Notes under the pieces: model-generated | Database searches by the model: none | What the model was told of the DNA's origin: nothing | Seen by the model: only the letters and a program-made list of their open reading frames with translations | Shown here: positions 46,711 through 53,111 of the stretch, one piece after another | How positions within the stretch are numbered: position 1 is the first letter of the stretch | Layout: each line of letters starts with the position of its first letter | Translations under genes and position numbers: made by a program | IMG/VR virus record: IMGVR_UViG_3300035492_000099 | Coordinates: 1 to 53,111 of that record | DNA: 53,111 nucleotides | Strand: one strand, 5' to 3' | From: a virus | Lineage: Duplodnaviria; Caudoviricetes

Positions 46711-48369
46711 TTAAAATGTTTCTGGTGCGTCCTCCATAAGAATCACATCCCATGTTTCGTCATCAAGCATGAAAGTGTCTGCAACACCTGTATAGCCCCA
46801 AGGACGATTTTTAAGAGATGTGAGGCGTACACGACCACGAGAACGATCAGGCATAATCTCAGGCTCTAGTCCGAGAACAATCCATGATAGCTGCTCTAAT
46901 GAACTACTGCCACGCATCATCTCCTTGGTGATCTTCACCCAATAAGGCTTCTCTTCCTCTCCCTCTTTCACTTTTGGAGCTTTAAACAAGTCTGCTGCAC
47001 TTCGGTTGATGTGTGATACAGCAATAACGCACACATCGTTGGCAGCACAAAATGCTGCAAGTGATGTCATGGCAACATCTAGCTCTTTACGCTCATCCGT
47101 TACTTCCAAACCAGATAGTAGCATAGAAAGGTGATCAACAATAATGTAACGACAGCCTTCTACCAAGTGCATATGTTTAATTTTGTTCATAAACTCCGAA
47201 ATACGCAAGCTTCCAAAATGATCTAGCATAACAAGATTATCATTATTAATCAAGTTGTTGTAAGCTTCTGTAATTTCTTCTACAGTGGCACAATCCAACG
47301 GATTACTCTTAAACTTCAAATAACTCACTTTCAAAGAAGAAGCCAACAAGCGTTGCATTGTTTCCTTATTATCTTCTTCAAGATAAATCATGCCAACCTT
47401 TTCTCCTGCTTCCATGAAAGCAGAAGCAAACAGAGAAGTAACCGTTGATTTGCCCACGCCCGAGGGGGAGGTCAATACAACCAACTCTCTTGTCCTAAAT
47501 CCGTGAATTTTGTCCATCAATTTAGGGAAACATTCTACATAAATCCCCTCTTCTCGTGGTGTTAAGATTTCTTCCAAAGAAATATCTGAAGCTTTGATAA
47601 TCTTTTCTGCTACATAGTCCTTCTTACCAAACTGAACAAGCTTTGCAAGATCGCCTGATTTATTGGCTTGCATGTAGTCTGAAGCGTCTTTAAACTCTCC
47701 CTCTGCTTCCACCACTTGCAATTTCAATCCTGAATCAATGAAAGCTCCTGCAACAGCGTTACGAGCTTCTTTGCCCTTCATAATATTCTTTTTCAACTCT
47801 GCTGGTGTGCAATGGTCGTTGTCAAAGAACAATGTCATTGCAGTGTGGGATTTTATATACTCTTCATTATGCAAGAGTGATTCAACAGCGTTTGCTGTAC
47901 CCATCGGGATGCTAACAACTAGAGGCTCAATCCCTTCATACTTTGTCCCTGCTACGCTGTCAACAAGAGATTGGAATGTGCTAATAGCGTCCCACTGGCC
48001 TTCAGTTACAATTAGGTTTGTGCGTTTGCGGTTAATCTTTTCTGCAACTTGTTGTCCGAACAATTTATTGGCAATATTGACACTGCCAATAGTGCTCCAG
48101 TGGTATTTCTCTTCTTTTCCTTTAGACAAGTCTTGTTTAGTATACCCTGTAATCTTTCCTTTCTGATTAAAGGAGGGGAAATAGATTGCTGTTGGGGTTT
48201 TCCCATCTTGTTCGGAGACAGCCACTTTTACACCAAATCTCTCCAAGATTTCTTTACGAATGCCGCGTTCAGGGACATCGTGTGTTCCTAGAGATTCCAC
48301 TTCCTTCACTGTTTCTTTTGCTTCTACGTTCACATTCTCTCCTTTGCTAGACTTCTTCCAATATGACAT
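46711..48369 (-). CDS. Primase-helicase (TOPRIM + DnaB-like)
   Basis: TEGQWDA, FDND, KDASD, SPSGVGKS, IVDHL, VSHI, RGS, KNR. Confidence 0.94.
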   Translation of the reverse strand: MSYWKKSSKGENVNVEAKETVKEVESLGTHDVPERGIRKEILERFGVKVAVSEQDGKTPTAIYFPSFNQKGKITGYTKQDLSKGKEEKYHWSTIGSVNIANKLFGQQVAEKINRKRTNLIVTEGQWDAISTFQSLVDSVAGTKYEGIEPLVVSIPMGTANAVESLLHNEEYIKSHTAMTLFFDNDHCTPAELKKNIMKGKEARNAVAGAFIDSGLKLQVVEAEGEFKDASDYMQANKSGDLAKLVQFGKKDYVAEKIIKASDISLEEILTPREEGIYVECFPKLMDKIHGFRTRELVVLTSPSGVGKSTVTSLFASAFMEAGEKVGMIYLEEDNKETMQRLLASSLKVSYLKFKSNPLDCATVEEITEAYNNLINNDNLVMLDHFGSLRISEFMNKIKHMHLVEGCRYIIVDHLSMLLSGLEVTDERKELDVAMTSLAAFCAANDVCVIAVSHINRSAADLFKAPKVKEGEEEKPYWVKITKEMMRGSSSLEQLSWIVLGLEPEIMPDRSRGRVRLTSLKNRPWGYTGVADTFMLDDETWDVILMEDAPETF

Positions 48370-48761
48370 GTTTCTCCTTTATTCAGTGGGCATTCCAATT
48401 TGATTTTACATAGGAATCTAAACTATCATAATATTTATATTTTGGAAATTTCTTCGTAATCTTTTGAATATATTTATCGCCATTGGAATATACATGATTT
48501 GTTTTAATCAATACTCTCGGAAAATCCATAAAGCTTATCTGCAAGAATGTCTTTATTATCTTCCAAGATGCTTTTTAGTTGAACTAGCACATCTTTTGTA
48601 TTGTTCATGAATTTCTCCTTTGAAAATTGATAACGCATATTAACATACACATCTCCACCTTGTCAACTATTTTTCTACTTCTGATACAGATGAAATATTC
48701 TTTCATTTTTACATCTTACATGAAATTTTATTTCATTTTTAACAAATATTGAAAATAATGC

Positions 48762-48790
48762 TTGACAAATCTAAACTTCCATGATATACT
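48762..48790 (+). promoter_or_regulatory. sigma70-type promoter driving element B
   Basis: TTGACA-17 nt-TATACT with extended TG. Confidence 0.75.
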
Positions 48791-48795
48791 GCCGT

Positions 48796-49135
48796 TAAAT
48801 TGTAACAAATGTATTGGGATTTTTGTTGAACCAATTGTCCTTGACCAATACATCATAGCCCAAAAGGAAGACACGGGGCAAGCAGAGGAAGTTGCTGAAT
48901 GCTAATATAGCACAGTTGGAAGCACTGCGTCAAGACTCTTCAGAAAGAGGAAGGCTTCCGAGGAATTGTTATTCTGATACGACAATTCTGTATCGTGTGT
49001 TTTAACACATTCTATCATGCGTGATAGGCTTCATTGGCTCCAATGTTAATGTAAGTGAATACCAAACTTGAGGAGAGAATAGACATCTATTTTCGCCTCA
49101 AGGGGAAGTTGTGTTCGCTTATTTCACCAATGTTA
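48796..49135 (+). ncRNA. Unknown structured element, copy B (paralog of 6135-6484)
   Basis: Colinear conserved blocks and covarying hairpins shared with copy A; no ORF. Confidence 0.6.
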
Positions 49136-49285
49136 ATGTTGTAATATATTAATTAATAATATCTTCTATCTGTTTCTTAAATGAAATAATATTTCTTCTT
49201 GTTGTAGAGATACAACATGTCTTCTGTTCATTCTGAACAACAATGTCAATGTTCTGTTGACATATCTCCATTACATCAATAAAAT

Positions 49286-50227
49286 ATGTTCATGTCAATT
49301 TCAAATAAAGGAAAGACAATGAACAACCAACATATGAAAGAATTCGTAGAAAACAATCCTCACGTTGTAATGATGAAGCCTACAAGCAAGGAAGGGCTGT
49401 ATGTATTGAAATATCGAAAGAAAGTATTCTATGACAACCTATGGACTCCAGAGCTAGAGCTTTGTCGTGGAACAATCGTAGATAAAGATTTCAATGTTGT
49501 ATCACTTCCCTTCACAAAGATTTACAATTATGGAATTGAAGATAAGGCTCCTGTTCTATCTCCAGACACAGTGGTGACAGCCTATCGTAAGGTCAATGGC
49601 TTCATGGCAGCTATTACATGGCATGATGGAGACATCCTTGTTTCAACAACAGGAAGTATTGATAGTGTTTATGTGCAATATGTAAAGGATACGATGTTAT
49701 TTCATGCTTCTTGGGAGGAGTGGAAAAATGCCTTGCAATTATATCAATGTCAGACATTCCTGTTCGAATGTGTTCATCCCAGTGACCCACACATTATACT
49801 TGAGGATGATGGGTTGCATTACTTGGGACATCGAAATAAAGATTGGGATTCTCCTGTAATACATCCTGATATTGGAAACATTGGATGGTCAGTGTGTCGC
49901 TTTCTAGGAACATATTTTGAAGAAGGATTTAAAACCTCTCTTGAAAATATTCTCACCCTAACCAAGAGTGTAGGACATGAGGGGTTTGTTTGTTACACAG
50001 AAGATGGAACAGCGTTTAAAATTAAATCACCTTATTATCTGATTAAGAAATTCTTTGCTCGTTGCAATAATACATCAAAACTGTTGCATCCAAACGTCAA
50101 AGATAAATTTGATGAAGAATATTATCCACTCATTGACCATATTCGTGCTAATATTGAATTGTTTAGAAGCATGGAAGAACAGGAACGTTTGACATACATA
50201 CGTAATTTTCTTTCAGAAATGGATTAG
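49286..50227 (+). CDS. RNA ligase 1 (T4 Rnl1-like)
   Basis: CRGTIVD, PFTKIYNY, RKVNG (motif I), STTGS, FLFEC, EGFV, FKIKS; start may be the ATG at 49319. Confidence 0.85.
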   Translation: MFMSISNKGKTMNNQHMKEFVENNPHVVMMKPTSKEGLYVLKYRKKVFYDNLWTPELELCRGTIVDKDFNVVSLPFTKIYNYGIEDKAPVLSPDTVVTAYRKVNGFMAAITWHDGDILVSTTGSIDSVYVQYVKDTMLFHASWEEWKNALQLYQCQTFLFECVHPSDPHIILEDDGLHYLGHRNKDWDSPVIHPDIGNIGWSVCRFLGTYFEEGFKTSLENILTLTKSVGHEGFVCYTEDGTAFKIKSPYYLIKKFFARCNNTSKLLHPNVKDKFDEEYYPLIDHIRANIELFRSMEEQERLTYIRNFLSEMD

Positions 50228-50346
50228 AGGCTGTAGGAAGCGTTTACATGCTTCCTCCCTATACAACACATCAGATTTCAATTTAAACCTCGTAGAGAGG
50301 CTATAGACGCTTCCTAGAGGCATTTGCATTTAAAGGAGAATAATCA

Positions 50347-50904
50347 ATGGCACTATTCGTTACATCAGACCTGCATTTTGGACATAAGAATCTTCTAAAA
50401 TTCTGTCCTGATAGTCGTCCATTCTCATCTGTTGAGGAAATGAATGAAGCCATCATCAATCGACACAATTCTCTTGTGTCTCCACAAGACACAACATACA
50501 TGCTTGGTGATATTGCTTTTTGTTCTGGAGGTGATGCTGCTAAAATGATTAACAGGATGAATGGAAAGAAGATTCTGATTGTTGGAAATCATGACAAGGC
50601 TAATTTAAAACAGCCATCTTTTCGCGCTGCTTTTGAAGAGATTCGTGACTATCTTTCGATTCGTCTTCCAGCTTTTGATAATCTGAAAGTGTGCATGTTC
50701 CACTTTCCCATTTACTCGTGGGATGAACAGCACTACGGAAGCATCCACTTACACGGTCACTTGCATGGGAAACCCACAGGGTTGAAAGGACGTATCATGG
50801 ATGTTGGTCTTGACACAAATAATTGTCACCCTCATCGTCTTGAAGATGTTGTTAAGGAAATGTTGGCAATTCAATTTAAAAATGAATGGAAGGATGGAAA
50901 ATGA
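50347..50904 (+). CDS. Calcineurin-like metallophosphoesterase
   Basis: TSDLHFGH, LGD, GNHD, HFP, HGHLH, DVGLD. Confidence 0.9.
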   Translation: MALFVTSDLHFGHKNLLKFCPDSRPFSSVEEMNEAIINRHNSLVSPQDTTYMLGDIAFCSGGDAAKMINRMNGKKILIVGNHDKANLKQPSFRAAFEEIRDYLSIRLPAFDNLKVCMFHFPIYSWDEQHYGSIHLHGHLHGKPTGLKGRIMDVGLDTNNCHPHRLEDVVKEMLAIQFKNEWKDGK

Positions 50905-51149
50905 TAATTTGGTATCCAATAGAAACAGCCCCGAAGGACAATCAATATCCTCTTTATTTGGCAAGTTTTGATGAGCATGGAAATCTTCTAGAAATAGATT
51001 TTGATGGTAGTTGGGAGTATTGGCAAGAAAGCCACGAGCTTCCGCACATCAATGGATTTTGTTGGGTAAGTAACAATGGTATTGAAGAGCCTACGCATTG
51101 GACTTACCAAGAAAACTTTTTACGTAAGGATGTATCAAATGATTCCTAA
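50886..51149 (+). CDS. Hypothetical protein (WxPIETAPKD family)
   Basis: WYPIETAPKD...PTHW. Confidence 0.65.
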   Translation: MEGWKMIIWYPIETAPKDNQYPLYLASFDEHGNLLEIDFDGSWEYWQESHELPHINGFCWVSNNGIEEPTHWTYQENFLRKDVSNDS

Positions 51150-51564
51150 ACTGATTCTTATTCGTGGACTGCCCGGAAGTGGGAAGACTACACTCGCTAT
51201 GGAAGTATCTCTATTTAGTGAAAATTGGGTGCATTACGAAGCAGACCATTATTTCATGGACGAGGATGGAAATTACAATTTTAATGCAAATAAGCTGCGC
51301 CTTGCACATATTGTTTGCCAAGAGGGAGTGGTATACGCTTTAGAACGAGGATTTAACGTTGTTGTGTCAAACACCTTCACAACACTGAAGGAGTTGAAGC
51401 CCTATTTCCTTATTGCAAAGGAATTTGGAATTGTCCCTTCTGTTGTACATTGTCAACATTCTTTTGGTAGTGTACATGATATTCCACAAGAAATAATTGA
51501 CAAGATGAAAGCTCGTTGGCAGAATGATGTTTCTAGGTTATATGATATTCTGATGGAGGATTGA
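51076..51564 (+). CDS. P-loop kinase (AAA_33 / polynucleotide-kinase-like)
   Basis: IRGLPGSGKTT, EADHYF, VSNTFT, SVHDIP; real start probably near 51130. Confidence 0.8.
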   Translation: MVLKSLRIGLTKKTFYVRMYQMIPKLILIRGLPGSGKTTLAMEVSLFSENWVHYEADHYFMDEDGNYNFNANKLRLAHIVCQEGVVYALERGFNVVVSNTFTTLKELKPYFLIAKEFGIVPSVVHCQHSFGSVHDIPQEIIDKMKARWQNDVSRLYDILMED

Positions 51565-51565
51565 T

Positions 51566-51790
51566 ATGAAAATATGGATGCTTTTCTATGATGGAGAATT
51601 CGTTGCATTTTGGAAACAACGTCCAACACGAGAATGCTTGCGTGATATGATATTTGCTGATTCTAACAAATGGAACATGTGGTTTGATGAGGAAGAGACA
51701 GAATTGACAGCATTCAATCTCTTGGAGGAACGAGAAAACAATAATGCCTACCATCTTGATGTTGTAGAAGAGAATGTTCTTTACGAATAG
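51566..51790 (+). CDS. Hypothetical protein
   Basis: RBS GGAGG. Confidence 0.6.
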   Translation: MKIWMLFYDGEFVAFWKQRPTRECLRDMIFADSNKWNMWFDEEETELTAFNLLEERENNNAYHLDVVEENVLYE

Positions 51791-51907
51791 CATTTAAAAG
51801 CGTTTTAAGGGGTGTACAATCAATTTAAATATCTGGGTGGTATGTTGGTGTCACTTTTAAAACAAATTCAATAGAGAGCGTTTAAATCGTTTTTAATTTA
51901 AAGGAGA

Positions 51908-52306
51908 ATGGAAATGTGGTATGATAATTTAGTTAACATGGAAACATTTGTGGGATTGGTTTTCAAATCCATTGATGTTTCTGAGAGTGATGATGAGATA
52001 TTTTTTGAGACAGAGTGTGGAAGGAAATTCAGGATGTTTCACTCACAAGATTGTTGTGAATCTGTGTACATCGAATCAATTGTTGGGTGTTTTTCTGATT
52101 TAATTGGAACGCCCATCCTCATAGCAGAGGAGTCTGCTAGTTGTAACGAAAACCCTGATGATGTTGACATGGAGTATCAAGCAAGTTTTACATGGACTTT
52201 CTATAAATTTGCTACAATCAAGGGATATGTCGATATCCGTTGGTATGGTGAATCAAATGGATATTATAGCGAATCTGTAGATATTCATGAAATAACCTCA
52301 CCCTAG
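51908..52306 (+). CDS. Hypothetical phage protein
   Basis: [39 protein letters not shown]. Confidence 0.75.
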   Translation: [132 protein letters not shown]

Positions 52307-52314
52307 GAGAATAT

Positions 52315-52890
52315 ATGTCTAAAATTATTTTGTTTAATGCACCACCCGGCAGCGGAAAGGATATTGCTGTAGAATACTTGTCAGATAAGTATGGAGTGTT
52401 CCCATGTAGCTTTAAAACACACCTGTTTCACATTACACAAGCAATCTATAACATAGACTATGACACATGGAATCACTGGTACACACGAGAAGGGAAAGAA
52501 CTCCCACGAGAAGAGCTTAATGGGCTATCCCCTAGGCAAGCTCTAATACACGTTTCAGAGAATGTCATTAAGCCTAATTTCGGAAAAGATTTCTTTGGAA
52601 AACATGAAGCCACTTGGTTAAAGAAACACCTGTTTGATGGTCAGATTGCAGCATTCTCTGATTGTGGGTTTGATGAAGAGGTGATTCCTCTTATTGAGGC
52701 ATTTGGAAAAGAAAATGTATTTATTTGCTTTTTATCTCGACCTAATTGTTCATTTGAAGGGGATAGTAGAAATTATGTATCTAATAAACTTCTAGATTTA
52801 TATAATTATTGGTCTATTATAAATGCTGGCACTCTTAAGGAATTATATTCAAATATAGACACACTACACGAATATGTAGAGACATCGTAA
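52315..52890 (+). CDS. Deoxynucleoside monophosphate kinase-like protein
   Basis: NAPPGSGKD, SPRQALIHVSE, SDCGF, FEGDSR. Confidence 0.8.
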   Translation: MSKIILFNAPPGSGKDIAVEYLSDKYGVFPCSFKTHLFHITQAIYNIDYDTWNHWYTREGKELPREELNGLSPRQALIHVSENVIKPNFGKDFFGKHEATWLKKHLFDGQIAAFSDCGFDEEVIPLIEAFGKENVFICFLSRPNCSFEGDSRNYVSNKLLDLYNYWSIINAGTLKELYSNIDTLHEYVETS

Positions 52891-52904
52891 AAATTCAAGG
52901 GAAC

Positions 52905-52948
52905 AAAAAGCCTCCAACCCAATTAAGGGAAGGAGGCTTAAATTTTTA
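52905..52948. terminator. Bidirectional terminator between convergent genes
   Basis: AAAAAGCCTCC-AACCC-AATTAA-GGG-AA-GGAGGCTT-AAATTTTT. Confidence 0.65.
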
Positions 52949-52951
52949 TAG

Positions 52952-53111
52952 TTATTTGTTTTTATTATCGTGTTTATTTTCTAATCTTTTTATTCTTTCT
53001 TCAAGAATTTCCATTCTTCTTGATGTACTAATTTGGTATTCGTCTTGTGATTGAGCAAGACCGTTTACCCTCTTTTCTAGATAGTTTGTCCAATTAAACA
53101 TCTTATGGTTG
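52952..53111 (-). CDS. C-terminal part of a gene entering from beyond the window
   Basis: Open frame ending ...MEILEERIKRLENKHDNKNK* (coiled-coil-like). Confidence 0.5.
   Translation of the reverse strand, partial: NHKMFNWTNYLEKRVNGLAQSQDEYQISTSRRMEILEERIKRLENKHDNKNK

Noticed and set aside
34346-48369. Introns or inteins in nrdA, nrdB, DNA polymerase or helicase
   Set aside because: ORFs are continuous and of normal length with no intein motifs

Overview
AT-rich (estimated about 35-37% GC) segment of a lytic tailed dsDNA phage. The gene set and order resemble PAK_P1/Felix O1-type myoviruses (inference). Left end, minus strand: head and packaging genes (terS-like, terL, portal, XkdF-type protease). 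6.7-19.9 kb, plus strand: phoH, ClpP-like protease, dCMP deaminase, cell-wall hydrolase, tRNA region, DNA ligase, many small genes and an SF2-helicase-like gene. 20-25.3 kb: probable early/terminal region of small minus-strand ORFs between two long non-coding tracts. 25.4-48.4 kb, minus strand: rIIA/B, DNA methyltransferase, nrdAB, thyX, exonuclease, SSB-like, DNA polymerase A, primase-helicase. Right end, plus strand: RNA ligase, phosphoesterase, kinases. The strongest unexplained signals are: (1) two diverged, promoter-driven, covarying copies of an unknown 320-350 nt structured element (6.1-6.5 kb and 48.8-49.1 kb); (2) a dense set of host-type protein-binding sites (4 parS, about 6 Fur boxes, NrdR, IHF) in and around the early region; (3) a tRNA split at its anticodon by an insert carrying a complete tRNA(CAU) and an HNH gene; (4) further structured or tRNA-like RNAs; (5) a nucleotidyltransferase-like gene followed by four small acidic proteins sharing a C-terminal W-x-x-S...C motif. 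All calls come from reading the sequence by eye; no searches or folding programs were run.
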